A stretch of 64,000 bases of DNA from Octopus sinensis (lineage: Eukaryota): assembly GCF_006345805.1 (NCBI RefSeq), contig NC_042997.1:165478001-165542000 (forward strand), written 5' to 3'. The notes beneath the pieces are model-generated. The model saw only the letters and a program-made list of their open reading frames with translations. It was not told where the DNA came from and did no database searches. Positions 38,590 to 52,139 of this stretch are shown one piece after another. Numbering within the stretch: position 1 is the first letter of the stretch; each line of letters opens with the position of its first letter. The position numbers were made by a program, and so were the translations under genes.

Positions 38590-40225
38590 CCTGGTATGGC
38601 AACTGCAGGAGAAATACCTCGCCAAAGATAAATCCCTATACTTGACTTTTGTTGACTTGGAGAAAACCTTTGACAGGGTCCCCTGATCCCTTATCTGGTG
38701 GGTGATGCAGAAGCTGGGATTATCGAGTGGTTAATAAGAGCTGTACAGGAATGCTGTTTGTAAGGTAAGGCTCAGCAATGAGTATAGTGAAGAATTCTGG
38801 GTAGAAGTAGGGGTTCACCAAGGATTAGCCCTCACCTCCCTCTTATTCATCATAATCCTCCAGGCAATAACAGAGGAATTCAAGACAGGTTGCCCCTGGG
38901 AGCTCCTCTATGCTGATGACCTTGCTCTCATAGCGGAATCACTACCATAACTAGAGAAGAAATTTCAGGTGAGGAAGCAAGGTTTAGAATTGAACGGCTT
39001 TAGAGTCAATGTTGCGCAAACCAAAGTCCTAGTAAGTAGGAAGACACACACATCACAAACCCCTTCAAGTAGATGGCCCTGCTCGATCTGTAGAAAAGGT
39101 GTAGGTAGAAACTCCATAAGGTGTACCTACTGTAAGCTATGGACACATAGGAGGTGCAGCAACATCGAAGGAAGGTTAATCAGAATGATAGTTTTTGTGT
39201 GCGGCAGATGCACAGGAGTAATAAACACCACAGATGCTCAGAAAACTGATTCCGTCACATGCCAGGGGGAGAAACTAGAAGTAGTTGATAGCTTCTGCTA
39301 CCTAGGTGACCAAGTCTTTAGTGGGGGTGGATGCTTGAAGAGCGTTGCCACTAGAAAAAGAATAGCTTGGGTAAAGTTCAGAAAGCTCTTACCTCTACTG
39401 GTGACAAATGGCCTCTTGCTCAGAGTGAAAGGTAGATTGTATGATGCATGTGTGCGAACTGCCATGCTACACGGCAGTGAAACATGGGCCATGACTGCTG
39501 AAGACATGCGTGGGCTTGAAAGAAATGAAGTTAGTATGATCCGCTGGATGTGTAATGTCAGTGTGCATACACAACAGAGTGTAAGCACCCTGAGAGAAAT
39601 GTTGGACATAAGAATCATCAGATGTGGTGTGCAAGAGACACGACTGCACTGGTATGGTCATGTGCTGCATATGGGTGAGGACAGCTGTGTGAAGAAGTAT
39701 CACTCCCTAACAGTGGAAGGAACCCGTGGAAGTGGGAGACCCAGGAAGACATGGGATGATGTGGGGAAGCATGACCATCGAACGTTGGGTCTCATGGAGG
39801 CAATGATGAAAGACCAAGACCTCTGGAGATATGCTGTGATTGAGAAGACTGGCAAGTAAAGTGAGATCACAGCCGTAGCCTACACCAGTGTTGCATAACC
39901 AGCCCATTTAAAAAGTACCTTTGAATTGTCGGGCGACAAAATCAAATGGAAATTGTAGCTGTGGCCAATGCCAGTGCTACTTGACTGATTCCTGTGCTAG
40001 TAGAACACAATAAGCACCATACATGCATGGATCATTGCCAGTTCTGCTTGACTGGCTCCTGTGCCGGTGGCATGTAAAAGAGTGGTAGGCATTCGGAAGG
40101 GCATCCAGCAGTAGAAACATTGCCAGATCAGATTGGAGCATTGTGCAGCCTCCTGGCTTGCCAGTCCCCAGTCAAACCGTCCAACCCATGCCAGCATGGA
40201 AAACGGACGTTAAACAATGGTGATT
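38590..40225 (+). mobile_element. 5'-truncated RTE LINE: RT domain with an internal PHD finger, plus 3' UTR
   Basis: FVDLEKTFDRVP, GVHQG, LLYADDLAL, the PHD C4HC3 at 39080-39211, FCYLGD, RLYDACVRTAMLHGSETW and RGSGRPRKTW. Stops and frameshifts lie upstream of ORF 38969..39859. Confidence 0.93.
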
Positions 40226-41989
40226 GCGTGGTGGTTGTCGTCGTTTTGAACACTGACCATTCTTGCCACAGTACAATTTTCGGCCAAATAGAAAGGCAGA
40301 AAGATAAGAGAGAGAGAGAGAGAGATTGAAAGGTATCGATTCTTTGAAAAGTTTGGCACTTTAGCTCTGGTCACACTGTCATCATCATTATCATCACAAT
40401 AGTTAAAGTGTGAAAGTGTACAAAACACCCATGCTTATAAATGAGATGGTTTTTCAATTATGTTTTGTGGGACAAAGACAGAATCTCTTTTTTACATATA
40501 TATATATATATATAATGTATGTGTGTATTTGCATCTGTGTTTTTCTCCCCACCATCGCTTGACAACCGATGTTGGTGTGTTTACGACCCCTGTAACTTAA
40601 TGGTTCAGCAAAAGAGACCAACAGAATAATAACTAAGCTTTCAAAGAAGAAGTCCTGGGATCGATTTGTTCAACTAACGACAGTGCTCCAGCATGGCCAC
40701 ATTCAAAGACTGAAACAAATAAAAGAATATGTATATTTATACTAACTGAGATATCTGGTAATAGCCAGGAGTAGGGATATTCCCAGTACCCATTACAATG
40801 CCTAATTTCTCTCAGATGAAAAATGACATTAAGACATAGGACAGATAAAAGAAGGCGTCAGCAAATTCATTCATGAAACGATAATACAAATAAATATGTA
40901 TGGAATCGGAAAATGACAATCAGATGAGTGGAAAGCTGCAAATATATAATCAAAGGAAATATCAAGAAGGGAATTGTAAAGGAGTGCTATGAAATAAAAG
41001 AACTTAAAAGTTTGAAAAGTAAACAAAAAATTATTTACTGTAAAAGCACTTAATTTGACAACTGTATTCCATAAATAGGTTACATGTTTTAGCACACAAT
41101 GCTGCAACATTTAGAATCAATAATTTTAAGTGCAGGTGTTAAGAAAATACGTCTTACAGCAACCTGAGAATGCTGAAATAATTGATGAACATTTTAACCC
41201 CACAACAATTTAGGCCAAATTTCATTAATCAGTTAATCAAAAATCATCTTATGCTTTGCTTGAGTAGCTTAGGTAAAACTTTATTTATCTCACCCATTCT
41301 TAGTGCATATTCCATCTGTATAAAATTTCAAGGAAATTGGTTGAAAACTTCAAAAGTTTTGGCAGAAAATAACATTAATATGAGAATTTGTGTTGAAAAA
41401 TCGATACTGGTTGAAGATTATCAATTTTTTTAGAAATTCTTAGTGTGTAAGTGACCACATGGGCATAAGCTCCATACACATATCAAGTTTCATCAAGGTC
41501 AGTTGGATAGTCTCAGAGGAGTTAGAGTAACATTCACAAACACACACACATCCAATGGTGGATAAGATGTCCTCCACATGAGAATATCCCCTGTTTTAAA
41601 AAACTGATGTAAGATCCTGAACTTTCTATAAGAGTTAAGGTTCATGTAGTAACTTAACGCAAATCTGAACCCCCAAAAGTATTCACAAGTTAAGAGGGGG
41701 TAAACCTTGTGTATAAGTAGTAGTTTGTATAAATGTAGTTTGATTGTTAGTATATCTATGATTATGCATGAAATATTGAATAGAAAATGCTTGAGAAATG
41801 AAATGCATTTACCTATTTAAAACCTGAAACGCTGAGGAATTAAATCAACGAATTGAAATTATAAATTTTAGCAAATGAAAACGAATTGTATTGAAATGCA
41901 GAATTAGCAAATGCTAATGAGATTACTGTTAATAAGTTGTCTGTTTATACCCATGAAACATTTTTCATCAAATTGAAATCTATATTCAT

Positions 41990-42778
41990 GGGTGGGACCA
42001 ATTTGATGGAAAAATGACGAGAGTCTGGTTATGAACCCATGTCGTCATTTTTGTGCATGTGCGTAAAAAGCTGGTAGATGAAAAATTTGTGTTTTTGTGA
42101 TCACTTGTATGCTGTAGTCTGCAATTTTGTCATGAACAGGAACAAAAGGCTAAAGTGAAATTTTGCATTAAACTTGGCAAGTCTGCTACTGAGACATTGA
42201 GCATTCTTCAGTAACCTTACAGCGATAAAGCAATGGGTCATATGTAATGTTTCAAGTGGTAAGGGCTCTTCAAAAACGGAAGAATGACCTGCTATGACCA
42301 TCACCCCCAGGAATTAGTATTGTGCATCAAGAATTCATCCCCCACAGCCAGACCATCAATTGAGAGTTCTATGCTGATGTTTTGAAGTGTTTGAGGGAGG
42401 ACATTTGGCAAAAGTGACTGGATCTGTGGAGCATGAAGAATTGGATGCTTCACTGAGCTCTCCTCTCTTGTAAGTTTCTCACCAAAAACAACATGGTATC
42501 GCTTCTGCACCCATCCTATTCACCAAAAAGGAAAACGCAGCTCAAAGGTTGCCATTTTAACACTGTTGTCGAGACCCAGAGCAAATTGCAAAATTTCCTC
42601 GACTCGCTTACAGAACATGGCTTCCAGGCCAGATTCCGAAAGTGGCAGGAATGCTGGGATTGATGTATTGCTACACAAGGTGACTATTTTGAAGGAGATG
42701 ATGTTAAAATTTAGGTAAATAAGTTACTTTTTATTAAACATAACTAGCCTGGGAACAACCTTTTGATACCACCTCGTG
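41990..42778 (+). mobile_element. Internally deleted mariner transposon
   Basis: EQKAKVKFCIKLGKSATETLSIL, IVHQEFIPHSQTIN*EFYADVLKCLRE, HPSYSP and GDYFEGD; the right end tgataccacctcgtg is TIR-like. Confidence 0.85.
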
Positions 42779-43701
42779 TGTGTGTGTGTATATATATATA
42801 TGAAGTACCAGGCTTAAAATAAAAATAAATATGGGGATTGATTAATTTGACTAAGATTCTTCATGGCGATGTTCCAGCAAGGCCACAGTCAAAATGACTG
42901 AAGCAAAATAATAAAATTCTCTGTCTTCCTTACTCACTTTTCCTGTAACCTTAAGAGCTTCTTCAATCTGGGAATGACAGCCAAATGTTTTTCAATGGCA
43001 CAAAGACTCATCAGTACACATCCTTGACATAGTCTTTAATCTTTTCACCATCTCTACACAAAACCACTACATCCTTCCAAATCACTACAAATGCTTAAAC
43101 CTCTCAATATCTAATGGTCTATCACCATGACCCTCATATAATGAAACATCAAAACTCCATCCACTAAGACTAGAATTTCTTTTTTAGAGAACCAGGATAT
43201 ATTTCAGTACTGATCAATTTGGTAATCTGCAATCTCATTCATTTAAGCCCTACTTACATCTATGGGACTCAGAGAGACAGAATGAAAAGCAGGCCATTTG
43301 ACAGATTGGTAGTGATTCAGTTCCAATGTTTCTTTTTTATTTTGTTTTCTCTATTGCTACAATGAATCTCCTCACTACATTCCCACTTCTGAGCTAGCTA
43401 GTTACAATTCTTCTTCACCTGCTGTTCTTCTACCTTCACCTTTGTTGTTTCACCTCATGCCACCACTGTCACTACCACATTCTTCCTCCTGACACTGATC
43501 TCCACATGTTCATCTTAACAACTGAACAACAACCAATCACCCCAGGCTAGGTGGCCTTTCAAAGGTCACATATAAATATCATCATTACTTCCATGCTGTC
43601 TTCCACACTGGCATGGATATATATATATACAATTTATAAGTAAGAGCAAAAGAAAAAATTTCTAATGCCAAAATATGCCGAAAATAGACACAACATAAGC
43701 G

Positions 43702-43801
43702 GGCGTCGCTGCTGACAAAGGCTTATTTCAAAAACATTTGAAAACCAGTGGATGAATTCCACTGAAATTAGGTAAATAAGCCTTGGAACAGCAGCGATGC
43801 C
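43702..43801 (+). other. Long branched hairpin immediately 5' of a hammerhead-like motif
   Basis: ggcgtcgctgctg/cagcagcgatgcc, aaggcttattt/aaataagcctt and inner cagtgga/tccactg. Confidence 0.7.
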
Positions 43802-43817
43802 TGCCGGGTTTGGCTAC

Positions 43818-43860
43818 TCTGCATTGATAAAGGGCAAATACCCTGAAACATATCTGCAGA
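43818..43860 (+). ncRNA. Minimal type-I hammerhead ribozyme fossil
   Basis: tctgca TTGATAA aggg-caaata-ccct GAAAC at ATC tgcaga. Perfect 6-bp helix I and 4-bp helix II; three transitions from CTGATGA...GAAACATGTC. Confidence 0.5.
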
Positions 43861-44056
43861 TGCCTGACCAGCAAGGGGAAGCGGCTGACCTACCCTGTTC
43901 GAAGGTTATAATGGACACAGGTTCATGTGTCATATAGCTAGCTAGAGGCAATGGCCTCTTGGTGCTAATCAAGGGCAGCTTTCGCCCTATATTTATGAAC
44001 TGCCATATTACTTTGGCGATAACTGTTAATAGATATATATATATAGATAGATAGAT

Positions 44057-44108
<52 letters not shown>

Positions 44109-44222
44109 GAAAAATATAAACTGGGACAAGAACGTAAAATATTTAGAAGACGATACAAAAAACACGGACGGGACATTCGAAGCCTTCAATCTTCAGTCAA
44201 GAACCGGATCATCCTAGCAATT

Positions 44223-44666
44223 TATTGGGTCATCCTATAAATAATGCAATTTTTTTATACATTTATTTTTCAAAATTAAGATAAAGTTCTTTTTTAATCT
44301 AAAATATACTCTGCTTCATTTTCTACAAAGCTCTTCCACCTATATGGTAAACTTGCAAGGACCCTCTTCCAAAATTCACTTGTCCGCGATGTAAAAATAC
44401 TCCTCCAGTACTCTTCTGACATTGTCTACAGAATTTGTATCTTTTCCATCCAAATGATTCTGAAAACTGTTGAATAAATAATTAGATGATGCATGTCTGG
44501 CGAATATGGTGGGTGAAGCATCGTTTCCCATTCAAACTACTCCAACTAAGAATGGTAAAATTACTACCTGCTTTTACAGCAAGTTGATGCAATAGTTTAT
44601 CCTGTCTCCCTCCGACTTTTAGTTCATGCAATTGAAAAAAACGCATTATTTATGGGCTGAACCTAT
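44223..44666 (-). mobile_element. Mariner-derived MITE
   Basis: TIRs tattgggtcatcctataaataatgc / gcattatttatgggctgaacctat; internal minus-strand transposase end ..WKSFVENEAEYILD*. Confidence 0.75.
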
Positions 44667-44819
44667 GTGTGTGTGTTTATGCATGTATATATATGTGTGT
44701 GTGTAGGTGGGTATATATGTATGTATATATATATTTATATATATATATTATCATCATCATCGTTTAGTGTCCACTTTCCATGCTGGCATGGGTTGGACAT
44801 ATATATGTATATATACTTT

Positions 44820-45660
44820 TATTTTTAACTTGTTTCAGTCATTTGAATGTGGCCAAAGGGCTTTTTAGTTGAAGAAATCGACCCCAGGACTTATTTTTTG
44901 TAAGTCTACTACTTCGGTCTCTTTTGCCGAACCACAAAGTGGCAGGGACATAAGCACACCAACACCAGTTGTCAAGTGGTGATGGGTGAACAAAGACACA
45001 TACACATAAATATATATATATACGTACTGTAAATCCTCGTGTATAATCTGCATTTTCCCCCCAAAATTTAAAGGTCAAAATCCCTAGTGTGTACTATATA
45101 CAAGGTTAAAAATGAAAATTATTTTCTAAGCAATGTCCGAGTTTCTACTTGCTGTCCGGCAATCTTTATTCAGACGCATTTTGTGATGTCAGGCGCGAAA
45201 ATACCTTAAATCATCCATAACTTGCAGTTAGCAACATTTATTAAACATTATTACTGTTATTTCTTTATTTTCTGCAAACAAAATGCACAAAAAAGCTATA
45301 CGTTTGCATTATGTTATATATACAATAATAATAAAGGACATTGCGTATACAGTTTTACAAACCAAGGACGTTATATAGACCTCCTTGACTCAATTTAGAG
45401 AAGGGGTGCGTATTATACACAAGGTTTAGGTTTTTCAAAGGTACAGCCCCCTAAAAATCCCCTACATATTATACTCAAGGGCGGACTATACCTGAGGATT
45501 TACGGTATACATATACGACGGGCTTTTAGTTTCTGTCTACCAAAGCCACTCACTAGGCTTTTGTCGGCCCGAGGCTGTCATAGAAGGCACTTGCCCAAGG
45601 TGTCAAGCTGTGGGACTGAACCTGGAACCATGAGGCTGGGAAGTAAACTTCCTACCACAG
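44820..45660 (-). mobile_element. CORE-type SINE split by a nested pogo/Tigger-like MITE
   Basis: SINE tail at 44820-45020 and head at 45508-45660 flank the MITE. Confidence 0.75.
45025..45507. mobile_element. pogo/Tigger-like MITE inserted in a TA context
   Basis: TIRs tactgtaaatcctcgtgtataatctgc / gcggactatacctgaggatttacggta. Confidence 0.78.
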
Positions 45661-45789
45661 AGACTTACATTCAGGACTTCAAGTTTCTGTGTCATCAGTG
45701 ATCATTGTATATCTTCGGCTATTACATGTGGTACAATTAATTGCAAAAAGCACAAAATATATGCATACCTATATTGCACTTATATATTT

Positions 45790-46183
45790 CTTTCTTTCTT
45801 TTCTTTTACTTGTTTCAGTCATTTGACTGTGGCCATGCTGGAGCACCGCCTTTAGTCGAGCAAATCGACCCCAGGACTTATTCTTTGTAAGCCTAGTACT
45901 TATTCTATCGGTCTCTTTTTGCCGAACCACTAAGTTACAGATATGTAAGCACACCAGCATCGGTTGTCAAGCGATGTTGGGAGGACAAACACAGACACAC
46001 AAACATACACACACATATATATACATATATACGACAGGCTTCTTTCAGTTTCCGTCTACCAAATCCACTCACAAGGCTTTGGTCGGCCCGAGGCTATAGT
46101 AGAAGACGCTTGCCCAAGGTGCCACGCAGTGGGACTGAACCTGGAACCATGTGGTTGGTAAGCAAGCTACTTACCACACAGCC
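45790..46183 (-). mobile_element. Full-length CORE-type tRNA SINE
   Basis: tRNA head, MIR-core-like gtggcaccttgggcaag, internal CA/TA repeat and tail gactgaaacaagtaaaag. Confidence 0.9.
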
Positions 46184-47371
46184 AGACTTCTCTTACATTT
46201 TCAGTTATATTGAACGTCTTTCCCACACTATGCCCTGTGTTGACTTCGATTCCTGAATAATTCTCTACTCTTATTTGTATTTTCCATGTTAAGAGCTCAT
46301 TAGGTGAAATTAAAATAGTTAATTTTACTTGGTTTCCCTCTAGTGTTTGTCATATTAGCCTGGATTATGTTTACATACATCACCACCAAAAAAGAAAAAG
46401 AAAAAGCTGTTTGTCATTCTATAGAAGTAGGTCAGTACTTTATCTATAAAACGCCTTTGATCTCCCCATTTCATTTCAAACTACAGTTATCAGCCCTGAC
46501 AAACATCTAATTGTTTATATGTAGTTTGCTTACAAACGATAACTAACCCTTCTCCATCCTCATATGGTGATGGGATGGATACTTGGATAAATTACATTCC
46601 CTCATCTCTCCTTCTCTTATATACCTTCTACAGACCTTAAAATAAAGGGTTTGTTTTTTTTTATTTTGGCACAGGAGGTACTCCAGAAGCTTTCTTACAT
46701 GTAATTTTCAGTATAGTGTTGTTGTTTTTTATCATAGAAAATCTCGGGTAGTGATTTAGCAGTCTTTCCTGTTGTTCATTATTAACTTTTGATTGAGTAT
46801 TCCAGGCTATCTTACCTGGCAGTTTGCTCACAGCTGCTTTTCTGTATGGACCGAGGGAGGCTTATAACTTTCTCTTCTCTTTTTTTCTCTCCTCCCTCTC
46901 TTCCTCTCTCTTTTATTATTTACAGATGTTTGTATCTTGGTTTCATGCAATCTGATCCCGCCCCAGTTTTGTCTTTGTTTTGTTTTTGTGGTAAACAAGT
47001 TTTACAGTCTAATACTTTCCCTATTCTTCTACGTTCATTGGAAAGTAGTCATGAATATTGTAGCCCTGTTATATTGATCTCTAACGTGAGCACAAGGTCA
47101 TACGTTTTGTGATAATGATGAAATCTGTTCAATTCTCCCAGTCATTTTATCAGCTTGTTTGAAACAATTGAGTTCAGTAGAATTTTCAAATTTTTAGGTG
47201 CAGCGACTGAAAATCTGATATAAGGTTATTAGTCTCTCTTATCGGCTTCAGTGACCTCGGCCAAGCACTTGACTGGCACTTGATGATCAGTTGCCCATAA
47301 CTAGATATGTTTCGACATTTTTCCTCCTATATGTGCATATTAACTAGGAGGTGAGGCAAAATAAGCAATTT

Positions 47372-47720
47372 ACTTTTTACTTGTGGCCATGCTGGAGCAC
47401 CGCCTTTAGTCGAGCTAATCGACCCCAGGACTTATTCTTTGTAAGCCTAGTACTTATTCTATCGATATCTCTTGCCGAACCGCTAAGTTACGGGGACGTA
47501 AACACACCACTATCGGTTGTCAAGTGATGCTGGGGGAATAAACACACACAAACATATATACGACGGGCCTCTTTCAGTTTCCGTCTACCAAATCCACTCA
47601 CAAGGCTTTTTGGTCGGCCCGATGCTATTGTACAAGACACTTGTCCAAGGTGCCACGCCGTGGGACTGAACCCAGAACCATGTGGTTGGTAAGCAAGCTA
47701 CTTACCACACAGCCACTCCT
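47372..47720 (-). mobile_element. Full-length CORE-type tRNA SINE
   Basis: Highly similar to 45790-46183. Confidence 0.9.
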
Positions 47721-50700
47721 ACGCCTATTTCTGATTTCTTGTTATGATTTTCCCTACCTGTTTGAATGCTTGCTTAGTATTGCATTATCGTTTTTACTGT
47801 TGCATTATCTTTGGGAGTAAAAATTGATCAGCATAGTTGTTGTAGTTGAATTTGTAAACAAGAATTTTTTCCTCAACTTTGATCCGATTGTAATTAATTG
47901 AGGTTGCTGATAAAATATCTGGAATCTTTTTGTTGTTTAATAATCAAAATTCTCTTCTCTGTTGGATTCCAATCTTTTCCTACATTAATGTCTAATTTCA
48001 TTGTCAATTTACAAAAAAAAATACTTAAGTGGGGCAAAATGAGTAATGGCTTAATTTTTTAATTGTAGGGTCTTTAATTATAATCAGAAAACAACCACTT
48101 CAGCAGATCGTTAAGAAGCAATAATATATTACGTTGAGTTTTTAGATTTAGTCAAGTTTCCTCAATTTCTTGTGCTATTTTTCCGTGATCCACTCTTGCA
48201 TTTTGACCAAAATATTTGAAGTTTGTCTTTTGTATGCTGAAAGGGAGCAGAGATAATTTTCTGAATTAGTGTTCTGGAAATGTTATAGTGTTTTTAATGT
48301 ATTTAGAAAAGCTGGTTTGCTTAGCTATAGTTTTTTGTAAGATAGTGAACATTTGTAAAATTATTTTCTTTTTTATCAAAGTCGAAAATGCAGTAAATAT
48401 TACTCATTGTGCCCCCTCCTTGCCTCCCACACATTTCTTAGCGAACCAGATCATCGTTTAAATCCGCTATATCCAATTTGTTTCCCTTCTCTGTTTCAAA
48501 ATACGGAGCGTTACACTTTACCCCCACTATCTTTATAGTAGCTGTTTGTCAGCCCAAAGTTGTGCCTGGTCGATCAGATCACAGGTATTCAAACCGTAAC
48601 CATCCCATCTTTTTCTTTTTCTAGATGCAGAGTGTAATTTGACGGATATTTGACTGCTATTTCTAGCAGGTCAAGCAACTCTGCAGAGACTCTCTCACCA
48701 TTATCATTTCGTTTCTAGAGTTTAAAAATAATCAATGTTTTTTTTTTTTTTAATTTGGAATTCTGGGATGGTTAGTTTTGATTCTTCGGTTCTTAATTAT
48801 TTGACTCTGGAAGGTTTGAAAAAAAAAAAAAAGACCATGGTGGGATTCGAACTCAGAACCTACATCGTTAATCAAATACAGCGAATTATGCTATCCGACG
48901 CTCTATCGATTCTGCTCACTTTTAATAGTTTGACAATAATGATACTGTTTCAGAATGTGTTGTTTCGCGAACCATGAGTTTTTGTTGTTGATATTTATAT
49001 TCAAATAAAATAAAATTTAAATGTCTTTTTGTTTTATTCCGCTTTTAACGAGTTTCCATTTTCCGCAGTTTAGATGTCATTTACCTTCTTGAAATAGTCC
49101 TCATTAATATTAATTAGTGTTTGCATATTTAATGCTGTGAACTTTCAAATGCTAGCTAGAAATAAGTATGCAGTGAGAATAAAGATATCAAGCAATGGCT
49201 GATTTTTTTTTTCCCCGGAAAGGAGACGACTATTTCTTTCAACTTCTTCACAAAGTTGCTTAGCTTTTGATGTCTTTGCTCATTAAAAAAAGAACTGTGG
49301 GAGCATGTGCTCTCTCTACCCCCACAAACTGAATACTGTTGCATATAATTTCGAAATTACTTTTTTAATTCCTTAATTATAAATAGCGATCTACTTGCTC
49401 TCTCATATATGCGCCTGGATAGTAACTACACATTGATAACTACCATTTAAATATACTGTTGCAAAATTCAGTTACAGACTTAAACCTGTTGCCGGCCACT
49501 CTATTTTGTATCATTCGAACCATGGTTTCTTTCTCCTTTATTACCCTCATCACTCTCGCTTTCGATGTAAAGCAGTCATGGGCGCTGCCCTTCCTTCTCT
49601 TATTCAGCTATAGCAAAAAGAACAGAGGATATTTCAAAAAAAAAAAAAACACTTAATAGTTACTTGAGTCATTCAACAATATAACAGAATGTATTTCTTT
49701 TACTGCTGGTATGAATTAAACAATTGTACATTATCAGCTTGCTGCACTTTGTCCTGTTCGAAACCAATTTTCTACTCTAGGTCAGCTCTTAACTATATAC
49801 CACTTTAGGTCAGCTCTTAACTATTTACTTCATAATATTTGGCCTAGTTTAGTTCCGGTTTCAACCATTTATTTTTATTGCGTATATATGCCATTTCAGC
49901 TGTCATTTCCTACCTAGCTCATTGGGACATTTTTTTTTTATTCTTTCATTTTCTTAATCCAGCTTGTAATATCCTGCAGCGGATAGCTTACCCGTCATAT
50001 ACTACACTCCTGTCTAATACGTTTGTATTATAGCAAGCAAATGAGCCTCAGTTTGGTTGCTCAGCCTGCTAAAAATAGCAACTAAATCTTCTTGAAAGCT
50101 CACTACTTTTCAAATAAGATAGTCCTAGACATACATAGTGTCTGGAGGTGGAGTGGGGAGAATAGATCAAGGATAGAATGTGTGATTGTAGATATCTTCG
50201 ATCAAAGCTTATCAGGAAATAAACAAAATCTATAGCAATCTCCACTCCGCCCCTCCAAGTTTTCTTTTCTATTGAAATTCTTTCATGCCGTACTGAATAT
50301 TTAATGAAAATATAAGTTGCATGAAGAAGAAGAAAAAACTCAATAGTTTGTTGGCAAATATAAAAGCTTAAATAAATAAATGCAAAGAAAACAGGATAAT
50401 GGATTTTTATCCCTTATATTTTTCGTGATTATAAGGTTTCTTTATGGGCATTACAATTAATTTTCGAAGTAATGAAGAAGCTCTTCAACATTTAATATTT
50501 TTTTCCATATTTTCAGGTTTTTAAGCTTATTTGGTTTACAAATTGGTGGTCTAAAATGTAAAACAATACACTCTGAAAATATGTTTAAAAATTGCGTAGT
50601 CTAATCAATAAATTCTATAGATAAACAACATAAATAAACAACCTCTATTCTATAATTATATTATAATTCTTATAATATCTCGTCTCTAGTGCTATCTTAG

Positions 50701-51029
50701 CGTTTCGTTTGTAGCACATACAGTCCTGAGGTTTATCTTGCTTCCAGCTAAATTTATAATTTATCTAACCTAAGAAGTTTCACCCTTCTACAACTACAGG
50801 GATGGTTTAGGAAAACAAAAACCACTCACTTTCTTGTTCTATTAATAAACATCACACAGAAGCAACATGCCTGTGCCTTCACATATACGAATAGACACAT
50901 GCTCTCTCTCACTAACACAAGCTCACACTTTTCTCTTTCATGGATAAAATGGAAATTAAGCTCTGATTGAGAGTTCAATCAGAAATTATTTTGAATGGAG
51001 GATTGTTATATTTTAAGATTACATTAACT

Positions 51030-51176
51030 CAGTGGTTCTCAACCTTTTCACTGTCAAGGACCCCTTTTATTTAAATATTTTTTCCCGCGGACCCCAGGAT
51101 ATTGAAAGGTCTGTCTGTTTAACATGTTCATAGATCCTCAGTACTACCTTTGCGGACCACAGGTTGGGAACCACTA
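51030..51176. mobile_element. hAT (Charlie-like) MITE, 147 bp
   Basis: TIRs cagtggttctcaacct / aggttgggaaccacta, with a perfect 8-bp target duplication CATTAACT at 51022-51029 and 51177-51184. Confidence 0.88.
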
Positions 51177-52139
51177 CATTAACTTACAAATTTATTCATT
51201 AAATTTGGATTAAATCGCCAACTATGTTGCATCTTTATTATTTGTTGATATTTAAATGTTTAACTGCAGGTGCAACTGGATAAACCCAGTTTCACAGCTC
51301 CTATGTTTGCAATAACTTTATGGAGAAAAGAAAATAGGCTTTGATACAAAATCATAAGTTGTTCAATATTCTGTGATTGGACATTAATTACTATGGTTTT
51401 GGGATTACGCTCATTGCATGCATCATCAATAAGTGTATTCTATCACATCGTTGCATCATCCTTTAGCCTTGTAAGTGAAACTGAGTACGCAGAAACTGTG
51501 CAGAAGACTATCAAATGGATTTCACCTATTCTTCAATTTAACACCATCGCCTAACCCATAGCTGATTTTATTCCAATTCTTTCAGGAAAACATAAAACCT
51601 TGACTGATGCTTTTTTTTCCCCCTCATGAAATTAAGCCATATACAAACAATGCGATATATATGAGATTCATAATTGTTCTTTTACAATCGTTTTTTGGTT
51701 TTTTTCCCCTTTATACATCTCAATCTCATTTCATTTGTGAAACCCAACTTTCTTAAATCTGCCTCAACTACATTCTTCATTCTTAGATTCTAAATTGTCT
51801 GCTAATCTGGTTGCAGTCTTTATTTGTAATTTCTTCTCTGAAGTTGTTAGATCATTTTGAAAATGACCCAACTGAACTCTATGATGTAAAAATTTTTATG
51901 TTAGAAATGTCTTATTCTTAATGTACCTTGTGTTTTTTCTGTGTTGTCAATACAGTTTCCTCTTTCTTCCTTGCACACGCTCTGAGGTTTGATACCTTTT
52001 CCTGAGATTTATGAGACTCCTGATAGCAGATTGTGTGGGCTGATGTGTGCAACTAAAAATCTATATTGTTGACAGTTATATATTTGCTAGTGGTACCTTT
52101 CTTTGTTGCCTTGGTCTTAGCCACAACATTCTCACTTAC

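Noticed and set aside
47295-47350. Minus-strand ..atgtcGAAACATATCtag hammerhead-like end
   Set aside because: The CUGANGA box cannot be aligned without three or more changes.
51265-51570. Possible small exons (VQLDKPSFTAPMF..; LVSETEYAETVQKTIKW..)
   Set aside because: They are short, stop-terminated and without homology; indistinguishable from chance.
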